In this document: positions 1 to 13,097 of the stretch, piece after piece
How positions within the stretch are numbered: the stretch's first letter is position 1
Layout of the letters: every line of letters begins with the position of its first letter
DNA from: Daphnia carinata
Taxonomy: Eukaryota
Reading direction: 5' to 3'
Length of the DNA: 64,000 nt
Assembly: GCF_022539665.2 (NCBI RefSeq)
Contig: NC_081333.1
Coordinates: 1,364,001-1,428,000 of the forward strand
Made by a program: the position numbers and the translations under genes
Notes under the pieces: generated by a model
Seen by the model: the letters and a program-made list of their open reading frames with translations, nothing else
The model's database searches: none
What the model was told of the DNA's origin: nothing

Positions 1-188
1 CAATAAAAGCTTTCCTTGTTTAAGAAATAACGGCAAAATTATCCATTGCCTTAGGGTGAAATTTTATCGGATTAGGATTCCTGCCCTGCCTGTGGGCTGG
101 GCTCAAGAAACTACCTTTTATGGCTTCTTACTCGCAACAAACCCGTCATTCAATCTTTTGGTGTTATCTTTTTTTTATAAAGGTTAAA

Positions 189-2871
189 ATGGCTGTAAAT
201 GTGTATTCAACCAGCGTGACAACAGAAAACCTTAGTAGACATGACATGTTAGCCTGGGTCAATGATTGCCTCATGTCGAACTTGACGAAAATTGAAGAAA
301 TGTGCACTGGGGCTGCCTATTGTCAGTTCATGGATATGCTTTTCCCAGGTAAAATTTATTCCTGCTTTATTAAGCTTGCCTTATTCCAAAAGAACTTAGA
401 AGCAAAGTATGCCACACCTTCAAAATATATTGACATCCCACAGTTGACTGATGTTTTGATTCTTTGTTTTTTGGTCTTAACTGGGCTTGCAGGTTCAATG
501 ATGATTAAAAAAGTCAAGTTTAAAACAAATCTTGAGCACGAATACATCCAGAACTTCAAACTACTTCAGGGATCCTTCAAAAAAATGAGTGTGGATAAGG
601 TATGCCATCCGTAGTTGCTCATTATTTGTTGTTCCGTTAGTCTAGTGGTCCAAGAATAAGTGTGCATTTCTAAAGGCAAACAAATGCCACAGAAACCAAA
701 ATCTAATGTCGATTATTCAAGTTGGCACTTCAAACAGTTTCTCTTATTAGAAAAGGTATTATCCTGTCTTAGGAGAGCAGCATCGGTGTGAATCTTGCTA
801 GTTTGGCCCTAACAATTCTCCTAGGGAACGAAAACTTAAACACTTTATAGTTTTTCAAATGTAGGACACAAAAGTTGACACCTAGATCTATGGCAGCGTT
901 AGATTTATATGGAAAAATTTTCCACTTCTTTTCCTGTATTATATTTTGCTGTATCTTTTCATTCGGTCTGTTAATCCTAGTTAGTTAGTTGGTTTGCTGA
1001 AAGATAAAACAAAACAAAAACAACATCCCTGTCTGTCGCACACAGATCATCCCTGTGGACAAATTGATCAAAGGTCGCTTCCAGGACAACTTTGAGTTCC
1101 TGCAGTGGTTCAAGAAGTTCTTTGACGCCAACTTTGATGGTTCACCCTATGATGCCCATGAAGCTCGCGGTGGCGAAGTCTTGGGTCTAGGGCCAGCAAC
1201 GTCAGGTGGATCTCAGTCTCATTTGGGCGGATCGGGTCGACACTCGCCGTCGACGGGGTCCTACTCGCGACAGGCTTACAACAAGCCTGCCCCTCACAGA
1301 ACCGGTACAGCACAACACACTTGGCTTCGCATATCGAAAGATCCCGTTGGCATCTTTCGTTCTAGTTTGGCTACTATTCTGTATATGTAGAATGGTGTTT
1401 GGTATTTAGTATTCGGTTCTTTTATGCACCACCTTACCTCTCGCCACTTTAATCTACATCGTCTTGTTGTTTTATGCTGTATTTCTTCGCACTGAAATTA
1501 GTGGTTGTGTCAAGCTTGAAGTCCCCGTAAATCACTGGCGGTCAAAATACCCAAAGCTTCCCCGTCTAATTATTTAGTAGAGGAACCGTAGATTGCGCTA
1601 ATTTCTGGTAGATGTGTATTCGAAAACACGTGTACTGCTCCAACAATTTGACAATACTTTTTAAGGGTTAAACCACTTATTTTTTTTTTTGTTTACTTTT
1701 TTTTTTATTTATTTTTTTTTTGCGTATGTGTGCTTTGATTTTTTTATTATTTTTTTTTTGGTACACTCGTTATATTATTTTTTTTATTATTTTTTTTGGT
1801 ATGACTTTGTCCACTAGTCGTAGCGCTTAGTGGCCGGCCTTACATTCGCCATATTTCTTGCCTCTACCGTTCTCTTGTTTTATTTTGCGTGTCCTATCAG
1901 ATCATCCCGATCGACAAGTTGGTGAAAGGTCGCTTTCAAGATAATTTCGAGTTCGTCCAGTGGTTTAAGAAATTCTTTGACGCCAATTACCAAGGGCAGG
2001 ACATCCAAGCGTACAACGCCCTAGAGGTCCGCGGAGGGGAGCCCTTGGGCTGCGGAACCGGTGCGAACGTTCCGCGTTCCATGCACCCGCCCGTTACCCC
2101 TGCTGCCGCTCCTCGGGCTCCTCCTCAATCGCTGGCCAAACCACAGGGTACCATTAACCTCATCTTGCTTCCCGCTATTCTTCAACTGCTTCTTCTGCTT
2201 TTCATCAGCATTTTGACTGTTGATTTCTGTTTCATGTTGCTTGATGTGTTATGCTGCTCTGAATTGCTTCCTAATAGCGTTCACTTTTGCTTCACTTACG
2301 CATCGATATTTTCTTATGTTGGGGTCACTTATCTTTTGACTACCATAAATCCTCAGATTGTCTCAGATTTGCCTCCTACGTACAGGATTTATAGTTGCAA
2401 GAGATGTTTCGTTGAGGATTTTGGTTGTTCGTAGAAAAGTGTTTTCCAAAAAAAAAACACCTTCTGTTGATTTTAATTCATTTACGTAACTTTCTTTTTT
2501 TGTCTGGTTTGTGGTCAATAGCTGCTCGGCCTGCTCCCCCTAGAAATAATTCAACACCAGCCTCCAACGTGAGTAGTGCAGGCAGGGGAGGCCTAAGTGC
2601 AGGAATGAACTCAGCTGGGAAGATGCATGAAGCAAAAATTGAAGATTTAAACTCTCAGTTAATGGAAATGAAATTAACGCTTGAGGGCATGGAGAAAGAA
2701 CGCGATTTCTATTTTGGAAAGCTTCGTGATATCGAACTGCTATGCCAAGACGTCACTCAAGAGGATAATCCGATTATTCAGAAAATTTTGGCGAAGCTTT
2801 ATGCTACTGAAGATGGTTTTGCAGCTCCTGAAGAAGTCGAAGGTGTCCCGCCCCCTGAAGAAGAATATTAA
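189..2871 (+). CDS. Eb1: Microtubule end-binding protein EB1 (RP/EB family). Exons 189-348, 493-599, [1046-1304 OR 1901-2147], 2522-2871; about 291 or 287 aa
   Basis: N-terminus [27 protein letters not shown] domain ([26 protein letters not shown]), EBH motif [19 protein letters not shown] and C-terminal EEEY. GT-AG junctions keep frame. A splice acceptor at ~182 implies a 5'-UTR exon upstream. AATAAA at ~3073. Confidence 0.97.
1046..1304 (+). other. Eb1: EB1 alternative exon 3A (end of CH domain plus Ser/Gly-rich linker), 259 nt, phase 0 to 1
   Basis: cacacag|ATCATCCCTGTGGAC...ACCG|gtacag; encodes [30 protein letters not shown]... Confidence 0.9.
1901..2147 (+). other. Eb1: EB1 alternative exon 3B (end of CH domain plus Pro/Ala-rich linker), 247 nt, phase 0 to 1
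   Basis: ctatcag|ATCATCCCGATCGAC...CAGG|gtacca; encodes [30 protein letters not shown]... Confidence 0.9.
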
Positions 2872-3757
2872 TTCAAATTAGTTTTTTTTTTCGTTTTTTT
2901 TTGCTATTCCTTCTCTTCTCCCTCTTTGTCACCTACCAAGTAATTACTTTTCTTTTGCACCTTTTCGCGACTTAAAGTAAAAATCCCATTCTTTTATCTT
3001 AAGGCGATTATTACATTTTGGTGATGTTTGAATCGTTTTGTTTTCGACTCTATCTGCCTACTTGAGATTCACAATAAAACACCTGCTCGCGTTTGCGTTT
3101 TTAACATTTGCGTAGCAGGGCAACGGCTAACAATGTACTGCATGTATCGAAAAAGTTGACATTCTGTGGAGGAGTATGGTCAGTAGAGAATAAACCAGTT
3201 TCTTTACTTGTTCCATTATTGAGTGTACAAATGATTACCAACCAACTATTTATTGTTAAACAGTGTAAATGGCCAGAATCGGTAAGCGTGGTTCACAAAT
3301 ATGGTTATGTTATTTTTGAACTGGAAACGTGAGACTATTGGTGGTTAAAACCAGTAAAATAACCGTTACATGGTTGTGGTAGATAGTTATCAACTCTTTC
3401 CTACTTTGGTTTTAATGTTCTTGAAAGAAAACTGGTTGATGTCACGACAAATACCTGCCCACTACCCCAACCGGAATTTTTTTCTGCACCAAATCATGAA
3501 AGCTTCATTTTATTTTTAAAAATCATAAATTTCCAGGACCACAATGAAAATTACAATTAACAGATTACAATAATTAACTGAAGTCGTAGAAAACCAGCTA
3601 ATGAAACTTAATTTCAAGAATAAACAACTAAAAAAATTTCAATTCAAAGCTTCAAGCTCAGAATGACCCAAACCAGAAGAGGCTTCCTTTTCGACTGTCA
3701 AAGTTTCCGATTCCCAGCAGACGCCCATTCTCCTTTCATCTCGGTGTTTTACCTGAC

Positions 3758-3763
3758 CACGTG
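3758..3763. promoter_or_regulatory. Canonical E-box CACGTG just upstream of the GNL3 start codon (possible Myc/Max site)
   Basis: CACGTG lies ~40 nt before ATG 3802. Ribosome-biogenesis genes are classical Myc targets with TSS-proximal E-boxes. Function is inferred. Confidence 0.45.
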
Positions 3764-3801
3764 TACTGTTAAACGTTCGTCACTAAGCAAGCAGTTTAGA
3801 A

Positions 3802-6160
3802 ATGAAGAAACAATTACGTATGTTATTGGTTATTTTTGTTTTTCGTTGTGAATTTTACACTCGATAATATTCAACAATCTAATTGAGCATCATTCATCAA
3901 CGTTTTTTTTGCTAATTATCTCTAGGTGCCAAAAGTCACCGATTGCCTTTGAGAAGGAAGTATACCATCATCAAAAAGATCAAAGAACACAAAAGAAAAG
4001 TAAAGCGGGATTTAAGGCGACACCCAGAAAAGAGGCGTAAACCTCGCACTGATCATGGAGTGCCAAATTCTTGTCCTTTCAAGGAAGAAATTCTCCTAGA
4101 CATGGAGAAACTAAAACAAATTAAGGAAAGGGAGCAAGAAGCCAAGAGAGCTGAAGTCCTTGAAAAAAGAAAACAAATGAGAGAAGCAAAACTTAATGGA
4201 AACAGACCTCTAGGAAATCTTGAAACCATTGCCCAAGATGCTGAAAAGCGTGATGCCATGTTTGAACAGAAAAACAATGAAGCTGCAGAAGCTTTGAAGC
4301 AAACTAATGAAGCTTTACATGACAACTCTTTCAAAGCTTTTTACAAGGAGTTTCGAAAGGTAATTGAAGCCGCTGATGTCATATTGGAAGTTTTAGATGC
4401 AAGGGACCCTATTGGAACTAGATGTAAAACAGTTGAACAGGCTGTATTGGACGCAGGAGCCAACAAAAGACTTGTTCTTGTTTTAAATAAAGCTGGTAAA
4501 TCTATATTCTATATTAGTATAATTTGATACACTAATTCATTTTTTATGCTAACTTATTATTAGATTTGGTTCCGAAAGAAAATTTAACACAGTGGTTAAA
4601 ATATTTGAGAAATGAGCTTCCTGCAATTGCTTTCAAAGCAAGCACTCAAATGCAATCTACGAAACTTGGGCGCGGCCGCAATAAATTTCTTAAAAGCAGC
4701 CAGCCTGAAATCCAAACTTCTAATTGTTTGGGAGCAGACACTCTGATGACACTTTTGGGAAACTACGCTCGTAATAAAGGAATCAAAACAGCCATCCGAG
4801 TGGGTGTAGTTGGTAAATTTCGATTTTTTTTTCATAACGCGGACATGGCTTGTGTCTTATGTTTTATTTATCTCAATTTAGGTTTACCGAATGTCGGTAA
4901 AAGCAGCATTATTAACAGTTTGAAGCGTAGCAAATCTTGTAATGTTGGAGCAGTGCCCGGTGTTACCAAGTTAGATGTCAAAAGTGTTTTTTTCATTTGT
5001 AGCTTATTTTTTATTCTTTAATTATTAAATTAGGATGATGCAGGAAGTGGCGCTCGACTCCAAAATTATGCTACTAGACAGTCCTGGCATTGTGATGGCC
5101 ACAGGTGATGCATCTGATACGACAATCGCTCTTCGAAATGCGCTACGTATTGATAGCCTTGAAGATGCCATAGCACCAGTCGAAGTTATCCTAAAACGAA
5201 CAGGAAAAGAATACGTAATGTTTTACAACTTCTAACGCCTACGCAATTCATTCTTATCGTGTTCCACCTGTTTTGAGCAGATGATGCTTCAGTATAATCT
5301 AAGTAACTTTGAAACAACACAAGAATTTCTTTGCATTCTTGCCAAGCGAACCGGCCAGTTGAGAAAGGGAGCCGTTCCAGATGTCTTCGGAGCTGCAAAG
5401 AAAATTCTTCACGAGTGGAACACGTATGCTATTTGTTTTGTTCCCTTTTTTTAAATATAAAATTAATGTGATTGCCATATCGTTTGAAGTGGAAAAATCA
5501 AGTATTTCACTTGCCCGCCGGAGACTTTTTCTCCGACTACCCATATTGCTGCTTCTATTGTTGCTGACATGGCTAAAGAGTTTTCTCTCGATGATGCCGA
5601 TTTCAACCAAAAAGAGACGCATGATATTGAGCAACTACCGTCTGTAAGACCATCGACTACCGTAGCTGTTGAGACAATGGGTTTCTTTGAAGGAAAACCA
5701 GAATCCCAGGATGATGTGTCGACGATGGAATGTGACGACAACGAGAAAGTATCGACAAATGAGAAAGATAATGAGGTACAATTTATTTGATCTTTACTGC
5801 TCTTTATATTCCTATCATACTGTATAAATTTCCGTTCAGACAACACAAGTTAAAATCGGAAGTTCGAAGCCAGTCGTTGGAACTAAAGATCGCCTGAAAA
5901 AAAGTGTCGTTTTTCAGAAAAAAAGCAATCCTGAACTGCTTTTGCCCGGCAACCAAAGGTCGAATAAGGCCAAGAGATTGCAAATGAAAAAGGCTAAGAA
6001 GGATCAAGCTCGACGAGGTAATTTAAATCTAGAAAGTGCTTTTTTAGACTGATGTGTGTAAGTATTTATATTTTTCGTACTTGAATATTTTATAGAAAAA
6101 GTTGGTGCGAAGCTGGCTTCAGATATGGAAGTTGCCTTCAGCGGTCTTGGATCCCTGTAA
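3802..6160 (+). CDS. GNL3: Nucleostemin / GNL3-family circularly permuted GTPase. Exons 3802-3817, 3926-4495, 4564-4812, 4882-4969, 5034-5214, 5281-5423, 5490-5775, 5840-6017, 6096-6160
   Basis: Basic N-terminus (RKYTIIKKIKEHKRK, GVPNSCPFKEEIL), VLDARDPIGTRC, and G4 NKAD preceding G1 GLPNVGKSS and G3 DSPG. All introns are GT-AG and frame-consistent. AATAAA at ~6180. Confidence 0.95.
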
Positions 6161-6442
6161 TCGTTTCGCATTTTGTAACAATAAAACTGACATTATGACG
6201 AGCTCTATTATAATTCATAATTCTTATTAACAAGGTTATGGTTACCGCTCGCCTTGGGTGGGCTGTCTACTTATTGATTTTATTATGAAATAACGACCAC
6301 TAAATTTCGTCGTTTTCTAGAACTTAGTTATTTCAATTGTAGCTTCAAATCTAAGAGAAAGCAAGGCTAAAGGATTCTCCACTGTAACTGAGCTACAAAA
6401 TTCATGTTTGAATGTCATTTGCAATGCAGGAATCAGATACAT

Positions 6443-6811
6443 TTATTGATTTTGCTGTACACAACCTTTTGCAAAAGCATGCAAAATGGATTCAGGGAAC
6501 AAATTAGTTTGGCTTTTGAAATCAATGCTGATTACATCTCTAGATCTTAAGAGGGATTGTTTACAATTCCCCAGGGGTGTTTTTAGGTCAGATACGTGAA
6601 AATATTTTAAATCTGCACTTGAGCACTCATACTGGCCAGTAACTGTAATATTCTGATGCATTGTAAAAACAGCATCCTTTCCTGAATGGCAACGAAAAAC
6701 TATTATTAGAAGTGTTACATTCTGAACCAAATGACTGTTACCATTAAACTTAGTTAGAGTACGCAAGAAATGTTCTCTTAACCAGGCACGGGCTTCTTCA
6801 TCTGATGACAT
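6443..6811 (-). CDS. GEMIN7: Gem-associated protein 7 (SMN complex, Sm-like fold). Exons 6811-6742 and 6681-6443, separated by a 60-nt in-frame intron
   Basis: ARAWLREHFLRTL...FTMHQNITVTGQY...DLKYFHVSDLKTPLG...LLRSRDVISIDF matches the Gemin7 pattern. Removing GT..AG 6741-6682 restores normal spacing. A 5'-UTR intron is likely at 6888-6824. Confidence 0.88.
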   Translation of the reverse strand: MSSDEEARAWLREHFLRTLTKFNGNSHLVQNVTLLIIVFRCHSGKDAVFTMHQNITVTGQYECSSADLKYFHVSDLKTPLGNCKQSLLRSRDVISIDFKSQTNLFPESILHAFAKGCVQQNQ

Positions 6812-6974
6812 TCCACTTTTTCACTATTAAGAAAACAAAAATAACAATGATAGTAAAGGGATGCAGTTGAGTATCACAAGTGACTTACCAAATTGACAAT
6901 TAAAAAATTCCATCAGAATAACTACAATGATCTAGACTTTTTCACTAATGCTTTAAACACGTAGATAAATTACC

Positions 6975-7497
6975 AGAAATGAGTCAGTTGGTAATTTTAT
7001 ACTTCTCTTCAATGTGTCTTATATTTAGTACTTAAAAATCCAATGAAATTTATATTTCTAAGCGAACATTCTCATTCGTCAACAGCCAAATTAGTATGCA
7101 GTAGGTTGCCAGATTTAGTTTTCCATGTTTGCAATTTCTCAGTTTCTCACATCATTTTGTTGATTTCATGAAAAATGAAATTTAAAAAACATTTTTTTCA
7201 AAATAAATTTATTGAATTCAAGCTTCGAATAAAATGAAATTTACATTCTTTTAGTTGAATTTTTTCCCGGCAAACCCTGCCCATGCCTTCTTTTGAGGGC
7301 AAATGCGGTCAGCTGTTCAGTTAATTTTTTTTCTGGTGTTCCCCAGTTCTACTTCTGACAGTTCCGTGATGGCTACCGTCCTACACCTATCCTCGTGAAC
7401 ATCTCGTTTATCCTCGCTTCCATTGTCATTTTAATTGTTCGATTTTTTTTCTTCTTAAATACTGGTTGAACGCAACTAGTTTTAACTGATACCAAAA
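6975..7497. promoter_or_regulatory. Short divergent (head-to-head) promoter region shared by Gemin7 and BicD
   Basis: The two start codons are only ~690 bp apart on opposite strands. AT-rich core with GTTGCC-type motifs at ~7105 and ~7270. Confidence 0.55.
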
Positions 7498-10400
7498 ATG
7501 GAAGCGAGTACTGGTAATGTAGAAATTTTATCGTTGGAAATCGAACGCTTGACGAGGGAACTGGACCAGACGAATAGTGAAAAAATTCAATCCGCCCAAT
7601 ATGGAATTGTTTTGCTGGAAGAAAAAGAGAATCTTCAACATAGATGCGAGGAACTTGAAAGTCTCTTTGAAAACACACAACATGAGTTGGCACTAACTCG
7701 TGAGGTAACATGCCACATTAACATTTAGTGTGTTGCAACAGTTGCTCTGTCATGTTGCTAGATCTGTTATTTTTATACACTAGTACCAAACAGTTTGAAT
7801 TTTATTGGTTGTGACCTTTATTGGTTTGCTACCAATCATAATTTCTAAATACTATAATGATCATAATATTAATGTATTTTTATAGGCTCTTGCCCGCTTC
7901 CAGAATAGTCATAAAGTAACAACTAAGAGTGGCATTGAAACTGAAGAATCTCTCCTATATGAATCAGCTGCAAGAGAAACATCCCTTAATTCTCAAATCC
8001 TTGACCTTGAGGCTGACACCAAGCACTTAAGGCTTGAACTGGAGAGGGTGACAGCTGAAAGAGATCAACTTACACAACAGGTAAAATCAGGCAACATTTG
8101 AACCCTATGTGTGCTTATATTTAAAATTCATTTAGCTTAATGATACTGGAAAAGAGAGGGAAGTCTATATCTTTGAAAGAAAAACTTTAAAAGCTGAACT
8201 CAAAGAACTCAAGTATAGAGAGACTCGCCTTCTTAGTGATTATTCTGAACTAGAGGAAGAGAATATAAGTCTTCAGAAGCAAGTTTCAGTGCTGAGATCT
8301 TCCCAGGTAATGTAAAAGAAAACATTGCTGTGGAACTGTTGGAATAATTTTTATTTTCATAGGTTGAGCTAGAAGGAGACAAACATGAACTACGCCGGCT
8401 TCAAGAAGAACTCGAGCTGCTCAATCAACAAAATGCTGAGTTAGCGCATTTGCGAAAACTTGCCGAAAAGCAGATGGAGGAAGCTTTAGATGCCCTTCAA
8501 GCTGAAAGAGAAGCCAAATATGCAATCAAGAAAGATCTGGATGCAAGAATTAATAGTGAATCTATGTTCAACTTAAGTAACTTGGCTTACAGCATCAAAG
8601 GTACTAGTACCAGTAGTAATTTTTAAATCAAATTATGTTTTTACCTTTTATTCTTTAAAGGACTCTCCGAAGAACATGGAACAAGCGAAGGTGAAGACGA
8701 CGGTCCACTTCTACAAAAACTAGAAGCTAGTTTCCTAAAGAACAGTGGTGTCACCAACGAAGGAACGGAGGGAGGTGACGGGAACAACAAAGGCGGTGGA
8801 GATTTGTTCAGTGAAATTCACTTGAACGAAGTGAAGAAGCTAGAACGGCAATTGGAACAGGTCGAAGCAGAAAAGGGAATGTTGTTTCAGCGGTTACGTG
8901 ATGCTCAAGAATCGTCTGATGTCGCTCGGCACGAAGCAGCTTCTAGGCACGTTCAGTTGGCCAAACTTGATGCATATCTAGCCAGCCTGCTTCACCTTCA
9001 TGAAGCTGTGGAGACGCCTACGAATGCATCTGTAAAACCTACTTTTTTTGTGCAGTTGCATTTGAATGTTTTTAGATTTATTTAATTGAACTTCTTTTGG
9101 TGACTAGGAGATAGATCGAACATCAGCAGAACCATCAGTTAACCTCGGCAAGACGACACAACTTCAACAACTGGTTGACAAGTTTAAACATCGTACTGCT
9201 TTAGCTGTGCGTGAACTTCAGCAAGCTCAGCAGGAACTATGGGCTCTTAGAGGAGCTTCCACTGGATACTTGCCTACTGATTTGGAACAGGATTTCGCTG
9301 CCTTGAAGAAGAAGGTAATGATTTTACTGTTTTCAGCTCTCACCGTATATTTAACTGACATTTGATTCAGTTGTTAGATACAGAGCAAAAAGTGGCAATT
9401 CTTCACTCAGAGATTGCGGCTTCGTCAGAATCAGCCGGTGACAGTCGAGCTACATTGGCGACACTTCAATCAGAATTGTCTCCACTCGTAGATGACATTA
9501 CTGCGCTTACGCTGCATCTTTGTGCGGCGGTAGGCATCCAGACTGGATCAGGGACAAATGCGGGCACCGCACGTAGCTCAACAGGTAAATTAAACTTTGT
9601 TCAGATCATGCAGATTTTCGCTGATGAAATTCCTGAGTAGATGTTGGCAGTGGACCTAGTAGCTTAACTTCGGACATTACCGGGCCACCTTCTATCGGTT
9701 CAGAGTACAACAAGGAAAATATTTCGCCAGAAACCAGTGTCACAGTCACTTCGGTTCACAGTCCCACTCGACTTTTGCACATGCTCCAAGAACAAGTTCG
9801 CATGCTACGTCGAGCCGCCGAAATGCTGGTCAAGCAGAGCCACGCCAAAGAAACGCCAAGCGAGTTGGTATCAGACAAAGATCGCGACACCTTCGAATCA
9901 GATGTCGCCGAACTCCAAGAGCAAATTGTTAAGCTCAAAGGTAAACTATTGTTGATGAATATTAAGAATAGGATCTAAGGTTTTTAATTATTTATTTGAT
10001 GTTTTTACAGCCTTGTTATCGACCAAGAGAGAACAGATCGCTACATTGCGCACCGTTGTCAAGGCCAACAAACAAACCGCTGAAGTTGCATTGGCGAATC
10101 TCAAGTCCAAGTATGAAACTGAAAAGTCCATAGTTTCTGAAACGATGAACAAACTTCGGTTGGAACTCAGAACTCTAAAGGTAAAGGGTACCCGATGTAT
10201 TAAAGTTTTAGGTTCTTTTTTTTTTGTAGACCTGTTGCATGTATATTAACCTGTATGTGTATTGCAATAGGAAGAGGCAGCTACATTTTCTAGTCAGCGA
10301 GCCCTCTTTGCTGCGCGCTGCGAAGAATACGTTTCGGAGAATGATGAGCTTGGTCGGCAGCTAAGTGCGGCTGAAGACGAAAAACGGACATTGAATTCAT

Positions 10401-10636
10401 TGCTCCGCATGGCTATCCAGCAGAAGCTTTCACTGACTGAGCGCCTAGAAGACTTGGAGATGGACCGTGAACGCTCAAATTTGCGCCGTCAGCCGCAAAG
10501 CACACGATCCACGATTCCAGCTGGTGGAGCTCGAAATCCAGCACAAAGCCAGGCTCAAGGAGCAGGATCTGGTCATCGATATCCCCCTAACCGTCTTCCG
10601 GCATTCCGAGATTCTAATAGCAATCGAGATTATTAA
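7498..10636 (+). CDS. BicD: Bicaudal-D dynein adaptor. Exons 7498-7704, 7886-8080, 8136-8306, 8363-8600, 8661-9031, 9108-9314, 9371-9584, 9641-9940, 10011-10180, 10271-10636
   Basis: CC1 box [55 protein letters not shown], and C-terminal [34 protein letters not shown] and [22 protein letters not shown] at ~11385. Confidence 0.96.
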
Positions 10637-11645
10637 AAATCGAATTTTATCATTGATTAACCGATCCAGCAAAACAAATGTTGCTGACAGGGTTTTGGTA
10701 AGTAACTTTCATGTCTTAGGACAGCTGATTACGGAGGGCAGGGTCCGTCATGTCAGCATTTGGATCTGATCATAAGCAATATCGGTGCGGTTTGTCTTTG
10801 TATTGTCATTGTTTTTCGTCTTGCGGAACATTCGTTTACCCGAAGAACGCGATAGGGCTGAATGTACGCGGAAGATTGCTCAGTGCATGTTCATATTTTG
10901 TTGCTGCAGCGTCAGTTTTACAACTTGGCAGGTTATATTCATTCTAAACGAGATCTTTTGGGGATGGAGGGGGGTAAGTAACTTCTTGAATTCTGGATGA
11001 AACCGGTAGCTGCGCTAATTTCTAAAACTCATCTTTTACTAAGGGAGATGTGGGAAACGTCCTATTACTGCCGTTCTTAAATGAATTGATTGTGTAATTG
11101 TGTTTTTGTCCTAGTTTTAACCATCCTTCTTTTGAAACAAATTATTAGTTACGTTTTAAAGTCTTCGCAACACGCTTGCGTTCACCGAGTAAACGTAATA
11201 TGTCCCTCATAGAAACATCTCGATGCTGACTACTAAATATCTAACATTTGATCCATTAAAAGATGGGAAGGAATCCTTTGTCCTTTGGTAACATTTTAAG
11301 ATATAAATTATTTACAAGTTTTTACATAGGGCTCATTGAGAGAATTTTGCATATGCCGCCGTGTGCAAAGTTGTAAAATGATTCAATAAAAACGTTCCAG
11401 ATAGTTGCAAACTTGTTTGTTTATTTGCTAATTGTGTTAGATTCTGATTTCGTTTGCAAGCTATATGATAGAAAATTAGTGCGCAGAACTAAGTTAAATT
11501 CAGTTCGACTGCTGATAGAATAAAAAATTTTTACCACCTATTTGGTAGTAACGCTTTAAAAAATATGTGCATCAGTTACTTTTTTGCGTGAGCGATGGCA
11601 ACAGTACGTACACCATTCTCAAATTTTGTAATGCTTAAAATAATT

Positions 11646-12852
11646 TCAATGCAGATGGACGAATGAAAGAAGAGCTAACGGAAGTGTTCCTTCATCAAGA
11701 ACGGTCCCATTTTGGCTGAGTGCTTGAGAAGCCAAACATCTTAAGGGAAGAACTAGATTTATTAGAGACGAAAGGAAATGATCAGATCGGATGAATGGTT
11801 TCTGTCTGCCTTTAATGAGGTGTATAACCGTTTCGCCGGAATGATTGCGTTTATCAGGATGAGCCCCACAGTCAAGCAACATCCTAGCAAAGAGGTGAAA
11901 TTGAGGAACGTTCGTATTCTTGGCTAATAAACGGAGAGAAGTATTACCGTAACCATTCTACAGCGTTCGGATCAGCGCCCAATTGCAACAGGAGGCGAAT
12001 AGCTGGGTAAGAACTAGTTTTGCGATTCTCATTGTAACTTAACAAACACATTAGATGTAGAACACCACAATTGGTAAATAGTTCGCCACCTCTCCTGGCC
12101 TTCCAACGTCCGTCGCATTGAATCAATACCGAAATAGATTGCTGGAACTGTTCACGCAGTTCTGAACTCCGCTGCTTGGTAGCCCTTTCAGCTAACAACG
12201 AAACTATGGTCAAAATACTTACCTCCGATCCGAAAATGGACTTTCCTTTACGTCTGCCATCATTATTCCAAGCAAGTGGATTGAATTCGAAAAGCGTTTC
12301 ATATAGCGCATCCAAAGTTAGACACCTTCATCAAGTACGACAGCTCTTCACCACCAAGGTTTTCAATTCGCAGACCTTGAAACCTTGACGATTGATAATA
12401 AAGGACATTGGCGATTACGTCTTTGGTGTCCGTCCAACGGTCCAATTCCTACCATCGATCATTGACGCTTTCCAACAGCGATTTCAAACAGATGCAGTTA
12501 CAAAAGATTGGCTGGCCTGATAATTCTTGAAATGAAATTAGATAACCGACGAGATCCAGCCTGCCAGAAATAATAGACGCGAACAGTGCCGATACCTCTG
12601 GATAGACAACCCTATTCCACAAAAACCTACTATTTTGGTTAATGGGAACCTTCAAGATTTCGACCAAAAATTGCGTAAGTTCCAAGTTTCCATTTTGGAC
12701 GGCTATCATTAAAGGTGTTTCCCCCTCTTCGTTCTGGGTTGACCAAGCTCTACTGTTAATGTCCTTCCTTCACTTTCAAGGAATTTGGTCAATCCGAAAA
12801 CCGAACTATAGCGTAACGCGTTAAAGAAAGCTGTTTCTGCCTCTCACAACAT
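11646..12852 (-). pseudogene. fem-1-like ankyrin-repeat / C-terminal box gene, disabled
   Basis: Ankyrin motifs NEEGETPLMIAVQNGNLELTQFLVE, LLLQLGADPNA and LLDCGAHPDKRNHSGET, plus the fem-1-type tail LPLRCLASQAL...LPLALLSFVHLH. Coding pieces are broken by stops (12449, 11944) and frameshifts (~12740, ~12315) without convincing introns. Confidence 0.7.
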
Positions 12853-13097
12853 TATTTTGGAGCAAACGTGCCACAACATCGGCTGACACCGAAAATCTAC
12901 AAAGATCGGGATAATTATGCTACTGAACCCAGATTCCTGGCCTAATTTTATTTGCGTAACTTTTATGCATGGATAATATTCTGCAAATCCAGTTCGTAGA
13001 TTGAATCTTGGTGAGGGATCTTTTGCTTGAAATGCCCGTTCTGCTGTAGGTGATCATCATAACCGGTGTACAATTGACGCAGAGCAAGAAGACCATA

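Noticed and set aside
1046..2147. Duplicated EB1 segment as an assembly duplication or second gene
   Set aside because: The copies differ at many synonymous sites and entirely in the linker, and they share single upstream and downstream exons.
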